Below are positions 20,818 through 31,582 of a DNA stretch of 64,000 bases, one piece after another. Source of the stretch: a candidate division WS6 bacterium OLB20 (GTDB taxonomy: Bacteria > Patescibacteriota > Dojkabacteria > B142 > OLB20); NCBI GenBank assembly GCA_001567355.1, contig JYNZ01000003.1:274124-338123 (forward strand). Reading direction: 5' to 3'. Numbering within the stretch: position 1 is the stretch's first letter; every line of letters begins with the position of its first letter. A program made the position numbers and the translations under genes. Under the pieces are notes generated by a model. The model saw nothing but the letters and a program-made list of their open reading frames with translations. It was not told where the DNA came from and searched no databases.

Positions 20818-22262
20818 TGTCCGGACTCTCCCGCGTAACGCCAGGCATGACCTGCTGCGCCATCCTCGGCAATTACTCCAAATGTATTCAGTAACTCCGC
20901 GCGGATAGCATCCGCCTCTTCATACTGCTTATTATTGCGTGCAAGCTCTCTGTTTCGGAGTTTCTCCTCTATCGTCTCAATCTCTTCAGGTGTAAATTTA
21001 CGCAGACTTTCCCAGCCTACAATGCCGAGGACTGTATCAAAATCCTCCATGGCGGCAAGCTTGGCAGCAGGATCAAGATCAGCATCGAGAAGGTCACTGA
21101 CTACAGCGAGCGCCTTTGGCATATTCAGATCATCCTCAAGTGCCGAAGTGAAATCTGTCTTGAATGACTCCGGCGCCTTTTCTGCCCGCTTTGCATGTGC
21201 CAGCCAGGTTACAACAGCATCCCGGATAGTCTTCCTTCTGGCATCAGCAGCCAGCAGTGCCTCCCAGGTGAAGTTCAGAATCTGCCTGTAATGGGCCGCG
21301 AGGAAAAAATACCGCAGCGATAAGGGGTCTATGCCCTTCTCAGCAAGATCATCAAGTGTGTAGGCATTGCCAAGGCTTTTACCCATTCTTTTTCCATCAA
21401 CCCGCAGAAATGCGCCATGCATCCAGAAGCGAACAAACTGCTCTCCGGTTGCCGCCTCTGCCTGTGCGATCTCGTTGGTATGATGCACAGGAATATGGTC
21501 AGTGCCTCCGGTATGGATATCGATCGGTTGCTCCAGATACGCAAGCGACATGGCAGAACACTCGATGTGCCACCCTGGATAACCTCTCCCCCAAGGGCTG
21601 TCCCACTGCATCGAGTGGTCGGGCTGATTCAGCTGCCACAGACGGAAGTCAAAGGGGTTTCGTTTTGTCTCATCCTTTTCTACATCTGTGCGAACAGCTA
21701 CCATCTTTTCATCAAGCTCCTGACCAGCAAGTTCCCCGTAGCCCTTGAACTTTGACGTATCGAAATAGACCGCACTTTCCGTCACATATGCGTATCCCTT
21801 GTCGATTAATGTCGAAATCATGTCTATCTGCTCCCGAATATGTCCAGTGGCCCGCGGAAGAACGTGCGGCATTTTAATGCCAAGCGCTTCGATATCTTCG
21901 ATAAAGCGTTCTGTATAATATTCAGCAACTTCCCAGACAGTCTTATTCTCCTTAGCCGCAGCCTTTTCCATTCTGTCGAGACCATCATCTGTATCTGTGA
22001 TCTCAATATCCCCCTGCTTCTTTTTATCCTCGTCTGTCATCGTAAGATGCCCGACATCAGTGATATTCATAACCTGGCGCACTTCATAGCCAAGGTATTC
22101 GAGTGTCCTGCGAAGAATATCAGCAAACACGTATGTCCGGTGGTTGCCTATTGTCAGCCTGGAATATACAGTCGGTCCGCAGTTGTACATCCCGACCTTT
22201 CCCGGCGTCTGAGTCGTGAAACTTTCTTTTCTTTTAGTTGCGGTATTGTAAAGATGGAGCAT
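20814..22262 (-). CDS. cysS: cysteine--tRNA ligase
   Basis: MYNCGPTVY...HIGN class-I HIGH region, KMSKS as KRMGKSLGN; ATGA-type overlap with cca start. Confidence 0.9.
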   Translation of the reverse strand: MLHLYNTATKRKESFTTQTPGKVGMYNCGPTVYSRLTIGNHRTYVFADILRRTLEYLGYEVRQVMNITDVGHLTMTDEDKKKQGDIEITDTDDGLDRMEKAAAKENKTVWEVAEYYTERFIEDIEALGIKMPHVLPRATGHIREQIDMISTLIDKGYAYVTESAVYFDTSKFKGYGELAGQELDEKMVAVRTDVEKDETKRNPFDFRLWQLNQPDHSMQWDSPWGRGYPGWHIECSAMSLAYLEQPIDIHTGGTDHIPVHHTNEIAQAEAATGEQFVRFWMHGAFLRVDGKRMGKSLGNAYTLDDLAEKGIDPLSLRYFFLAAHYRQILNFTWEALLAADARRKTIRDAVVTWLAHAKRAEKAPESFKTDFTSALEDDLNMPKALAVVSDLLDADLDPAAKLAAMEDFDTVLGIVGWESLRKFTPEEIETIEEKLRNRELARNNKQYEEADAIRAELLNTFGVIAEDGAAGHAWRYAGESGQ

Positions 22263-22510
22263 ACACAAATACTACATGTCTGATCCCAAAATTTACAGTC
22301 TGTTTGATGCGAAAATACGGTTTTTACCGTCACCACCGTGTCTGTATTCCTCTGAATCAGGACAGAAACATATCGCTGTATTACGGCAGATACAGAAAAA
22401 TATTACTCAGTGCGGTCGGGAATAATCAGACAGAGATGCAATTATCTCAGCGGTGTACGGACGGTTTGCGTAATAGTACGTGGATAAGTATTCGCGAATG
22501 TGGGGAATTA

Positions 22511-23128
22511 TCAGAAACCTGAACGGCCGCTCAACGCACGCTCAAGTGTAGTACTGTCTGCATAATCAAGATCAGCACCGGATGGCAGTCCGCGGGCCAG
22601 ACGGGTTATACTGACGCCGGCAATACCCTCAAGCTCTTCTTTTAAATACATTCCTGTGGCCTCGCCTTCGAGGTTAGGATTGGTTGCAATCACAAGCTCC
22701 ACAGTTGAATCACTAACAAGCCTTTTGACTCTGGCCACAAGTGTACCGATATTCAACTGTTCGGGACCGATTCCTTCTACAGGCGAGATCAGCCCGCCCA
22801 GCACGTGGTAAATCCCCTTATAGCTGCCGGTACGCTCAAACGCGAACAGATCCAGAATGTCCTCAACCACGAGGATTTCAGAGTGATCACGCGAAGGATT
22901 GGAACATACCGCACAGGTATCGGTACCCTGGTCAGTAATGTTGTGACACTCACGACAGAATGCGATATCCCGCTTAATTGACACAAGCGAATCGGCAAAG
23001 TCCGAAACGTATTCAGCTGGTGCATGCACCAGCTGAAAAACTATTCTAGCTGCGGATTTTGGACCTATGCCGGGTAATTTTGCAAAGTGGTCGATAAGTC
23101 TCTCGACCGGTCCGGGAAGTGACTTCAT
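22511..23128 (-). CDS. recR: recombination protein RecR
   Basis: HhH (LPGIGPKSAARI), C4 zinc finger (CRECHN...CAVCSN), Toprim domain. Confidence 0.9.
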   Translation of the reverse strand: MKSLPGPVERLIDHFAKLPGIGPKSAARIVFQLVHAPAEYVSDFADSLVSIKRDIAFCRECHNITDQGTDTCAVCSNPSRDHSEILVVEDILDLFAFERTGSYKGIYHVLGGLISPVEGIGPEQLNIGTLVARVKRLVSDSTVELVIATNPNLEGEATGMYLKEELEGIAGVSITRLARGLPSGADLDYADSTTLERALSGRSGF

Positions 23129-23433
23129 CAGCTGCCAAGCATACCTTTGAGCTGATTAATATCCATATCCTTCATCATTTCCTTCTGCAGGCGCTTTTGC
23201 GCATCCTTCATTGCCTGCTTGAGACCCTTTACAAGTGCTTTTTTCTCTTCGGCACTGAGCAGACGCTCCTCGATCTCGATCTCTTCGATCTCCTGCGTGC
23301 CGTTAATGGTTATCTCAACCAGCTCATCCTCACTTTTGCCGGTGACGTGGATGGCCTTCATTTTCTTCTGCATGGCACGTGCCTCTTTTTGCAGTTTGTA
23401 GAGCTCTTTTATCTGTCCAAATGCTCCTCCCAT
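23128..23433 (-). CDS. ybaB: nucleoid-associated protein YbaB/EbfC
   Basis: 101-aa YbaB-like sequence; dnaX-ybaB-recR order. Confidence 0.85.
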   Translation of the reverse strand: MGGAFGQIKELYKLQKEARAMQKKMKAIHVTGKSEDELVEITINGTQEIEEIEIEERLLSAEEKKALVKGLKQAMKDAQKRLQKEMMKDMDINQLKGMLGS

Positions 23434-23471
23434 GATTATGAATCAGTAATAAGTATAAGTCGGGTAAACGA

Positions 23472-25053
23472 CTATATCATATCAGAAAAGACTTCTTCGA
23501 CGATATCACTGTTTGAGGATGCTGCTGTAGACTCGGGCGCGCGCGTGGTCTGGATTGCCTCATCAAGCGTACAGCGCATCAGAATCTTAACGCCAAACAA
23601 CTCGTGCGTAACCGATGCGAAAATATCCTGGCTGCGCTTCTGTTCAAGCCTCGATTTATGAAACTTATACGGAACACTGAGCAGAAGGTTGCCCTCTTCA
23701 AGACCGTCCAGACGGGCTTTTGTCAGCATTGCCACCATGTGGGGATTAATTTTTTTGCATCCATGCAGTATCTGATCCCAGCCTGACCTGAGACTTTCCA
23801 TGGACAGCGCTGCCGGATCCTCAGACACCGGAGCTTTAGAAGCAGTGTCTGCTGAATCTGAGAGTTCCTCTGTGTGCTCCTCCTCCTCGTCCTCCTCTTC
23901 GACCTCATGAGACACAGGTTTCTTCGCTGCCGATTTTTTAGCAGCAGGACTGACCTTCTGATAAGAATTCGTACTCGCTTTGCCAGCAGGGATATTAACC
24001 GCAAGACCTGCATCATCAGTTGTGATCATCACTGCTGCGACTTCAAGCGGCAGGACAGGGATCAGTGCTGAGCGCATATCACCGGCCGCCTGCATAAGAT
24101 GCCGGATGATTGCCGTTACTGCCCCAAGTGAATCAGCGTCCGCTTCGCCTGATACAATAGACGCCATGTGAGAACGTGCCGACTCCAGGAGCTGGGTTAT
24201 CAGCTGCTGCATATTTACCCCGCTCTCCTCAGCCTTTGCAATTGCGGCAACTGCAGCAGAACGTTCACGTGCGAGTAGTGCCCGGTAAAGCTCACCGACA
24301 ATTTCCGAACTTGCATAACCCAGGACATTCTCGACATCTTCACGATTAATGATTCTGTCTTTAACATAACCGTATGATGACAGGACTTTTTCAAGAATGG
24401 TCTCGGCATCGCGGAAGCTTCCGCGACCGGCTTCAACCACTAGTTCAAGAGCATCCTGCTCAAATGAGATACCTTCACTCTCAAGTATGCGTTCAAGTTT
24501 GGAACGCAGCTCCTCGCGGCTGGCCAGTTTGAAATCATAGCGCTGTGTCCGCGAAATTATCGTAAGTGGAAGTTTATGCGCTTCAGTAGTCGCGAGAATG
24601 AATACAACGCGTGCAGGGGGCTCCTCAAGCGTTTTTTAGGAGGGCGTTGAATGCCTCGGTGGTCAACATGTGCACCTCGTCGATAATATAGACCTTAAAT
24701 GCTCCCTCTGCAGGCAGAAAACCTACCCGTTCCTTTAGTTCACGGATTTCGTCTATGCCGCGGTTTGAAGCTGCGTCAATCTCGATAAGATCAAGAAAAC
24801 TGCCGTCGTTGATCGCACGGCATGCCGCGCAATCGTTACATGGCTCTCCTTCTTTGGGGTTGAGGCAGTTGAGGGCTTTGGCAAGGATACGGGCAGTACT
24901 TGTCTTGCCCGTACCCCGCGGTCCTGTAAAAAGGTACGCGTGAGCTACGCTTTTATCGAGAACCGCTTGCCTGAGAACTTTTTTTATTGCCTGCTGACCG
25001 AATAACTCTTTAAAGTTTTTCGATCTGTACTTTCTGTACAGTACCTGTGGCAT
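23472..25053 (-). CDS. dnaX: DNA polymerase III subunit gamma/tau, interrupted by a 1-nt frameshift in a T6 run at 24632..24637
   Basis: Walker [10 protein letters not shown], zinc module [16 protein letters not shown]; correcting one base continues as [35 protein letters not shown] into ORF 23472..24440. Confidence 0.85.
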
Positions 25054-25079
25054 GGCGGGTGGGCATTTACGTCAAATAA

Positions 25080-25289
25080 TTAGCCTTTACGTGCGACTTT
25101 GCGAGCCGCGGAGCGTCTGCGACGTTTGATTTTCGACCAGTATTTTCTGAACTCGTGCCGATATTCCGTAGGCTTAGTACGGTATCGGTTTTTGAGCAAT
25201 TCGGCCGGTATGTTCTCCCGGTTAGCCTCACGCCAAAGCATTTTTAATGCCTGGTCGATCGGCATATCATCATGGACAATAACTGCCAT
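25080..25289 (-). CDS. rpsU: 30S ribosomal protein S21
   Basis: 69 aa, basic C-terminus, S21-like N-terminal region. Confidence 0.8.
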   Translation of the reverse strand: MAVIVHDDMPIDQALKMLWREANRENIPAELLKNRYRTKPTEYRHEFRKYWSKIKRRRRSAARKVARKG

Positions 25290-25379
25290 TTAGAAACACC
25301 TCCTTGGTATTTTGGGGTTGCCCCCTTGCTAAGTCAGGCCGGGAAGCCTGAGAAAAATGTGAACCAATTATACCAGACT

Positions 25380-27002
25380 TCAGCCTCCACAGATACCCCT
25401 AATGAGACTGCTTGTAAAGTCCGGGAACAGGTCCTTGAATACAATCAGCAGCATGAAGATGATAACCAGAACAAAGGTTACTGTTCCGATTATTTCCTGT
25501 TTTTTCTCGGAGATCGGTCGTTTTCTGATTGCCTCAATTATCAGAAACAGCAGATTGCCTCCGTCAAACAGCGGGACAGGAAGAATGTTTGCAAACGCAA
25601 GCGCCACACTGATAAGACCGGCAAGATTGATGATACTGATAAAGTCACGCAGCCGAACCAGCTCATTAATAATACCTGCCACACCAACGACAGAACTTAC
25701 ACCCTGTGACACAGGCTCGATGCAGCCCTCGGCAATAGAACTTGAGATCAGAGTTCCAAGACCTGTGACTGTGTACGCTGTCATATTGAATGTATGCAGG
25801 ACACCGCTGAGAAGTCTGTTGTCATTGTAGTTAACACGGACAATACCATCAAGGTAGCCGGTATTCTCGCCAAGTCCGGCTCCGAGAATGGGCTGCCCTT
25901 CTTCGACTTCGGGAAGCACCAGCATTGTCTCTTCGGTATCACCCTCCGCATTGACATAGCGGATGTCTGCTGTACCGCCCTGATTCTCGCGCAGCAGTTC
26001 GAGCATGCGGCTTACAGTAGTAACATCCTCACCGGCAAAGCTGAGGATCACATAATTGGGTTCAAGCCCTGCTTCAGCAGCAGGCATACCTTCTGTTGTC
26101 GAGACAATGCGGACCTTCCCGGCCACATCCTCATCAAAATTTGTCAGTACCCCATCGCCGTTCAGAGCAAGTGTTACGTCCCTGTAACCGTCAGGTGTGA
26201 ATATCTGAAGCTGCATCGGTTCATTATAGTTTTCCTGCAGCAATGTCTCAAACTCATCCCTTGTGACAAAACGCCTCCCCTCGGCATCGACAATCAGGCT
26301 GCCGGCAAGTTCACTGCTGTCCTCATCGTAGACATCAAACAGGAACGGCACATCACTTGTTTCTGCACCTGCAAATACCGGGTTTCCAAGGCGGACGAGG
26401 TCAACGCTGAAATTGGTAAACAGAAACATGAAGTAGAAAATCGCGATCGCCAGTACAAAGTTCATAAATACGCCGGCAACGATGACAAGAGCACGGTCCA
26501 GAATCGGCTGGTTATCGTAATTACCGGGGTGATTGGGGATATAGTCTTTTGCATACCACGTCTGCAGTTTAGCATAGTCATCCTTTTTCATTGCTGAACG
26601 CTGCTCCTCCATGAACTGCTCAACTTTATGGAACGCATCTGTTTCGGGATTGATACCCTTTTTCTTCAGCTCGGCAATTGCAAAGGTTTTGTCTGCAGGG
26701 TCATACTTACCGGCAGTAAATCGCGAAAAGCTGCTTGCATCCTGATCACCAAGCATCTTTACATATCCGCCGAGCGGAATAAGTTTCAGGCTGAAGGTTG
26801 TATCACCTCTGCGTCTGGACCAGAGTGTCCTGCCAAACCCGATAGCGAATTCCTGGACGACAATTCCTGCGCGTCGTGCGGCAAGAAAGTGACCCAGCTC
26901 GTGGATGAGAATAAGAAGACCGATCAGCAGTACGAAGATAATCGCCGTCAGCAGGAACGAAACAGTTTGATCCATGGTAAAAACATGTAGGATTAACGAC
27001 AA
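25380..27002 (-). CDS. rseP: RIP zinc metalloprotease RseP/site-2 protease (M50) with PDZ domain and a long insertion
   Basis: HELGHFLAAR active site, C-terminal TM segments, PDZ; 540 aa. Confidence 0.8.
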   Translation of the reverse strand: MSLILHVFTMDQTVSFLLTAIIFVLLIGLLILIHELGHFLAARRAGIVVQEFAIGFGRTLWSRRRGDTTFSLKLIPLGGYVKMLGDQDASSFSRFTAGKYDPADKTFAIAELKKKGINPETDAFHKVEQFMEEQRSAMKKDDYAKLQTWYAKDYIPNHPGNYDNQPILDRALVIVAGVFMNFVLAIAIFYFMFLFTNFSVDLVRLGNPVFAGAETSDVPFLFDVYDEDSSELAGSLIVDAEGRRFVTRDEFETLLQENYNEPMQLQIFTPDGYRDVTLALNGDGVLTNFDEDVAGKVRIVSTTEGMPAAEAGLEPNYVILSFAGEDVTTVSRMLELLRENQGGTADIRYVNAEGDTEETMLVLPEVEEGQPILGAGLGENTGYLDGIVRVNYNDNRLLSGVLHTFNMTAYTVTGLGTLISSSIAEGCIEPVSQGVSSVVGVAGIINELVRLRDFISIINLAGLISVALAFANILPVPLFDGGNLLFLIIEAIRKRPISEKKQEIIGTVTFVLVIIFMLLIVFKDLFPDFTSSLIRGICGG

Positions 27003-27037
27003 CTATAGTAGCATGCAGCAGGGAACGTGGGAAACCG

Positions 27038-27592
27038 TTAAACGGTCATCAGCTCTTTTTCTTTATCGCCGGCAATGGTTGCTATTCGCTCGTTTGCATC
27101 ATCTACCAGTTTCTGAAGCTCTTTTTCCATCCGTTCAAGATCGTCCTCGGTGATGAGGTTTTTGCTCTTCTGCTCATCCAGATAATCCTTAACGTCTTTG
27201 CGGACCTGACGGACTGCAATGTGAGCCTCCTCCGCCTTGGCCTTCATGAGTTTGACATACTCTTTACGGCGTTCTTCTGTCAGCGAAGGGATCGGCAGCT
27301 TGATGGTGTCACCGTCGAGAATCGGCTGGATACCCATGTCGGATTCTTTGAGGGCCTTCATCAGGGGTTCAATGGCGTTTTTATCCCATGGTTTGACTGT
27401 CATCAGGGTGGCATCAACGACTGTGATGTTACCTATCTGATTTACCGGCATCTGCTGTCCGTAGACATCAACTCGTACCGAGTCAAGAAGCTGTGGCTGC
27501 GCGCGGCCTGCACGCATCGAGGCAAGGTCCTTCTCAAGGAAGGACGCTACCTCGTCAAATTTTTTTGGAGCCTGATCAAGTGTTACTGACAT
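27038..27592 (-). CDS. frr: ribosome recycling factor
   Basis: 184 aa, full-length RRF similarity. Confidence 0.9.
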   Translation of the reverse strand: MSVTLDQAPKKFDEVASFLEKDLASMRAGRAQPQLLDSVRVDVYGQQMPVNQIGNITVVDATLMTVKPWDKNAIEPLMKALKESDMGIQPILDGDTIKLPIPSLTEERRKEYVKLMKAKAEEAHIAVRQVRKDVKDYLDEQKSKNLITEDDLERMEKELQKLVDDANERIATIAGDKEKELMTV

Positions 27593-27598
27593 AGCAGA

Positions 27599-28206
27599 TT
27601 ATAAACCACATGCCACTGAACTGCCAGCGATCTCAAATCTGGCGAATCTTCCGATCTCGATTTTTTCACCGATTGCTGCGACAGCCTCACTGATAAGGTC
27701 GCCTATAGTTTTGCTGTCATCTTTTACGTACTTCTGATCCAGCAGCACAATCTCTTCGTAGACTTATCCAGGCGTCCGGCAACGATCTTCTCTACTACGT
27801 TTTCAGGCTTACCTTCTGTACCCTGCTTTGCAAGTGCCGATTCCTTCTCGACCAGTTCTGCAGGGACCTCTTCCCGGCTGATGTATTCCGGCTTGCTCGC
27901 TGCAATGTGCAGAGCGATATTGTGAGCAAGCTCACGGAATGACTCGTTTCGGGCTGTAAAGTCTGTCTCCGAGTTCAGCTCGACCAGAACAGCAATCGTT
28001 CCCTCACCGTGAATGTAATGAGCAATGAAGCCGTTGTCAGCCTGCTTGTCCGCACGTTTCGCAGCCTTGGCAATACCCTTCTCACGCAGGTATTCAATTG
28101 CCTTGTCCATATCACCTTTACTGTGCTCCAGAGCCTCTTTAACGTTTGTCACGCCGGCGCCTGTTGCCTTGCGGAGTGATTTGATCTGATCCAGTGTAAT
28201 ATCCAT
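27599..28206 (-). CDS. tsf: elongation factor Ts, with an apparent 1-nt deletion near 27764
   Basis: N-terminal UBA-like LRKATGAGVTNVKEAL; corrected frame gives KIVAGRLDK-(F)YEEIVLLDQKYVKDDSKTIGDL... to a stop at 27599. Confidence 0.85.
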
Positions 28207-28230
28207 TACAGTAATTCTAAAAAGTAGAGC

Positions 28231-29253
28231 TTATTTTTTGCGGGCACTTGATGCCTGCTTACGCTTAGCTGTCTCGCGTGTCTTCTGAATATCCTCAAGC
28301 ATTCCTTTTGACCCTGCGGTCCTCGACTTTGAAGGAATCTCAGCCTTGGCATCGCGCTGTTTGACCTCAGGAGTTGCTGCGACTTCAACACGCTCTGAAT
28401 CCTCCTGTGCAGATTTTACAATTTTCACCTCATAGGTGGAATAATCAACAAGGTCGTGTTTAATGCCTTTTCCTTCATTTCCTTTTTTAACAGCCTGTCC
28501 CAGCAATCCGACAAGCAGGGAAATCGATCCGATTGCATCGTCGTTTGCAGGGATTGCGAAGTCTACATCTTCAGGATCGCAGTTTGTATCTACGAGTCCG
28601 ACGATCGGAATACCCATCGCGCGAGCCTCGGATACAGCATTTTTTTCAAACTTTGTATCAACGATCACGATTGCCTTGGGGTATTTGGTCATTGTCTTCA
28701 TACCCTCGTATAGCCTGTTCATTTTTTCCCAGTCTTTTTTCATCTGAGAGATTTCAAACTTTGTACGACCCTCAACTCCGGTCGAGAACTCCTGCTCAAG
28801 TCCGTTAAACCGCTTAAGACTCTGGCGGATCATGTCAAAATTTGTCAGCAGACCACCTGGCCAGCGGTGAGTAATAAAGTATGCTCCGGCATCAATTGCC
28901 ACGTCACGCACAATATCAGAGGCCTGACGTTTTGTACCGACAAACATTACCTCGCCGTCAGAAGCAGCCTGGGCAAGAAACTGCATAGCAGCCTCAAGAG
29001 CAGGAAGTGACTTTGAGATATCGATAATATGGATCTGCTCACGCTTGCCGAAGATGAACTTCTGCATTTTCGGATTCCATTTCTTTGACTGGTGACCGAA
29101 TTGAACTCCTGCTTTGAGGAATTCCTTGACATCGGGCAGGTCAAAGGTATAGGTTTTGGCAACTTTTTTGGTTGCCTTTGGTGCGCTGCCCTTTTTGGCA
29201 GCAGGTGTTGCTGTAGTAGCCATAGTAAGTTTTCTCCTTTTTGTGTCCTCCAC
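28231..29253 (-). CDS. rpsB: 30S ribosomal protein S2 with C-terminal extension
   Basis: uS2 core (AGVQFGHQSKKWNPKM, RWPGGLLTNF); true start may be Met at 29223. Confidence 0.9.
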   Translation of the reverse strand: MEDTKRRKLTMATTATPAAKKGSAPKATKKVAKTYTFDLPDVKEFLKAGVQFGHQSKKWNPKMQKFIFGKREQIHIIDISKSLPALEAAMQFLAQAASDGEVMFVGTKRQASDIVRDVAIDAGAYFITHRWPGGLLTNFDMIRQSLKRFNGLEQEFSTGVEGRTKFEISQMKKDWEKMNRLYEGMKTMTKYPKAIVIVDTKFEKNAVSEARAMGIPIVGLVDTNCDPEDVDFAIPANDDAIGSISLLVGLLGQAVKKGNEGKGIKHDLVDYSTYEVKIVKSAQEDSERVEVAATPEVKQRDAKAEIPSKSRTAGSKGMLEDIQKTRETAKRKQASSARKK

Positions 29254-29339
29254 CCGCTAATCCCTCATGAGAGGGACAAAAGGATTCTTGCAGGTGTGTG
29301 AATTAAAATGACAGGGGAATTATAGCACATTAATCCTGC

Positions 29340-31571
29340 TTACGCAGTGATCCCCAGCTCTTTCTTCTTCTGTGCAACTTCTTTCTTGTTGATTCTGATG
29401 ACTTCTTTTTTGTCTGGATAATCCGGATGAGCCCAGAATTCTCCGAACCTTCCGTTACGCAGTACCATTTTCTTTCCATCTTTTGTTTTTGGCGCAGTTC
29501 CGTAAATTTTACGGAACACTGCTGTCGTAAACTCCAGAGGTTTTGCGTCTTTGACCTTGGGGTAATCCGGGTGCGCCCAGAATCTGCCGAATCTGCCGTT
29601 TTTTAGAAGGTAATCACGTCCATCATCAGTTTTTGGAGCAGGTTTGTACGTCTTGAGAAAGTCCTCATCGTATGCCTCCTGTGCCAGCTCTGCTTCTGTT
29701 CTGCCATCGATATTGCGCATACCCTTACAGTCAGGAAATCTGGAGCAGCTGTGGAACCTGCCGTAGCGTCCCAGTTTGATCACCATGGCGCTGTCACAGA
29801 CAGGACACTTGAATTCACTGTCACCAAGCACGGTAAAATCGTCGCGCTTGATCTCCTCCTCTTTGACAAGAAGATTTTTTTCAAACGGAGTCCAGAACTC
29901 GCGCATCATCTTTACCCAGTCAAGCTTACCCTCCGCGACCTCATCGAGCTGTTCCTCCATATCAGCTGTAAATCCGGTGTCTACAACGTCGGGAAAATGC
30001 TTTTCGAGAAGCCTTGTGACAACTATTCCTGTATCAGTCGGAAACAGGTACCGTCCTTCTTTTTCAACATACTTGCGCGCCATAATTGTTGAGATTGTGG
30101 GCGCATAGGTTGATGGACGACCGATACCGTTTGCCTCCAGCTCTTTGATCAGCGACGCCTCCGAGAACCGTGCCGGAGGTTTGGTAAAGTGCTGCAATCC
30201 TGCAATCTGGGAGGGATAGAGCTGCTGTCCTGTTTTAAGCCTGGGAATGATCTGTTCAGATACGGCATCCTGATACACGGCCAGATAGCCTGGAAACAGC
30301 ACACGCTGACCATTCAGTTTAAACTGGGCTTTACCTGCATCGACCACAACCTGCGTTGCTTCTATCCGTGCATCCTGCATTTGTGAAGCTAGCGCCCGGT
30401 TTCTGATGATGGTGTATATCTTTGAGGCTGCAGCATCAAGCTTAAGTCCCGCAGCTGTCTTGCTCATCTGCGTAGGCCTGATTGCCTCATGCGCCTCCTG
30501 GGCAGACTGCGATTTGGTCTTGTACATTCTGGGGTTATCAGGAACGTAATCCTCTCCCCACTCTTTGGCAATGAAATTCCGGGCCTGCTTGAGTGCATCA
30601 GCAGAAAGGTTTACGGAATCTGTACGCATATATGTGATGTATCCAGCCTCGTAGAGCTTCTGAGCGATGCTCATAGTCTGCTTGGCTGACATACCGTATT
30701 TGTTTGCAGCCGCCTGTTGCAATGTACTCGTGGTAAACGGCGGCCTGGGAGAGCGCTTCTGCTCCTTTGCAGTTATATCAGATACAATCCAGTCCGCCTT
30801 GAGTACGTCGCTGATTATCCCCTCAGACTGTTTCTGGTTTGTCAGATCTGTCTTATCCCCGTTATAACGAAACAGCTCAAACAGCATCCCCTCCTTGAAC
30901 TCGTGGGTCTCATCATCACTGAGGTTAATGACCACTTCGGGCTGCCCATTTCGCTTCTTTTCGTGCAGAAGCGCCTTAAGGGACCAGTACTCTTCAGGAT
31001 TAAACGCATCTCGCTCACGCTCGCGGTCTACAATCAGCTTTAATGCAACAGACTGTACGCGTCCAGCTGAAAGACCGAAGCGGATTTTTTTCCAGAGCAA
31101 TGGTGAAAGCTTGTAGCCTACTATGCGGTCAAGTACACGACGTGCCTGCTGTGCATCTACAAGGTTAAGATCAATCTCTCGCGGATGCTTTACCGCATCT
31201 GTAATTGCCGTTTTTGTGATCTCGCTGAATACAATGCGTTTTACGGGCTTGCCTCTACTGATAGTGTCTCCCTTCTCGTTTATCGCTTCCAGCTGAATAG
31301 CGACATGCCATCCGATAGCTTCGCCTTCGCGGTCAGGGTCGACAGCAAGGATAAGTTCATCCGCCTTGGCAAACGCCTGTTGAAGCTTCTCCAGAGAAGC
31401 TTCTTTTGTAACCACGTACGTCGGTGCGAAATCGTTATCAATATCAACACCCAGGTCCGATTTGGGCAGATCTGCAATATGTCCCTTTGAGGCCAGAACC
31501 TTGTAGTCCTTACCCAGGTATTTTTCGATAGTCTTGGCTTTTGACGGTGATTCTACTATTACAAGCTTCAT
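29340..31571 (-). CDS. topA: DNA topoisomerase I
   Basis: Toprim N-terminus (MKLVIVESPSKAKTI), catalytic-Tyr region, C-terminal zinc ribbons and repeated NGRFG.FWAHPDYP motifs. Confidence 0.9.
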   Translation of the reverse strand: MKLVIVESPSKAKTIEKYLGKDYKVLASKGHIADLPKSDLGVDIDNDFAPTYVVTKEASLEKLQQAFAKADELILAVDPDREGEAIGWHVAIQLEAINEKGDTISRGKPVKRIVFSEITKTAITDAVKHPREIDLNLVDAQQARRVLDRIVGYKLSPLLWKKIRFGLSAGRVQSVALKLIVDRERERDAFNPEEYWSLKALLHEKKRNGQPEVVINLSDDETHEFKEGMLFELFRYNGDKTDLTNQKQSEGIISDVLKADWIVSDITAKEQKRSPRPPFTTSTLQQAAANKYGMSAKQTMSIAQKLYEAGYITYMRTDSVNLSADALKQARNFIAKEWGEDYVPDNPRMYKTKSQSAQEAHEAIRPTQMSKTAAGLKLDAAASKIYTIIRNRALASQMQDARIEATQVVVDAGKAQFKLNGQRVLFPGYLAVYQDAVSEQIIPRLKTGQQLYPSQIAGLQHFTKPPARFSEASLIKELEANGIGRPSTYAPTISTIMARKYVEKEGRYLFPTDTGIVVTRLLEKHFPDVVDTGFTADMEEQLDEVAEGKLDWVKMMREFWTPFEKNLLVKEEEIKRDDFTVLGDSEFKCPVCDSAMVIKLGRYGRFHSCSRFPDCKGMRNIDGRTEAELAQEAYDEDFLKTYKPAPKTDDGRDYLLKNGRFGRFWAHPDYPKVKDAKPLEFTTAVFRKIYGTAPKTKDGKKMVLRNGRFGEFWAHPDYPDKKEVIRINKKEVAQKKKELGITA

Positions 31572-31582
31572 ATAAATAAGTA

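Noticed and set aside
22789-23025. ORFs antisense to or inside recR, ybaB and dnaX (22741..22938, 23119..23661, 23723..24016, 23874..24071)
   Set aside because: Embedded in or opposite well-supported conserved genes; compositionally biased, no motifs
24600-24660. dnaX programmed ribosomal frameshift
   Set aside because: Site is within the AAA+ ATPase module rather than after domain III, and no slippery heptamer or stem-loop architecture is present; more likely an indel
29254-29339. Palindrome tccctcatgagaggga between topA and rpsB as a terminator
   Set aside because: Not followed by a U-run on either strand; possibly part of the rpsB leader, but evidence is insufficient
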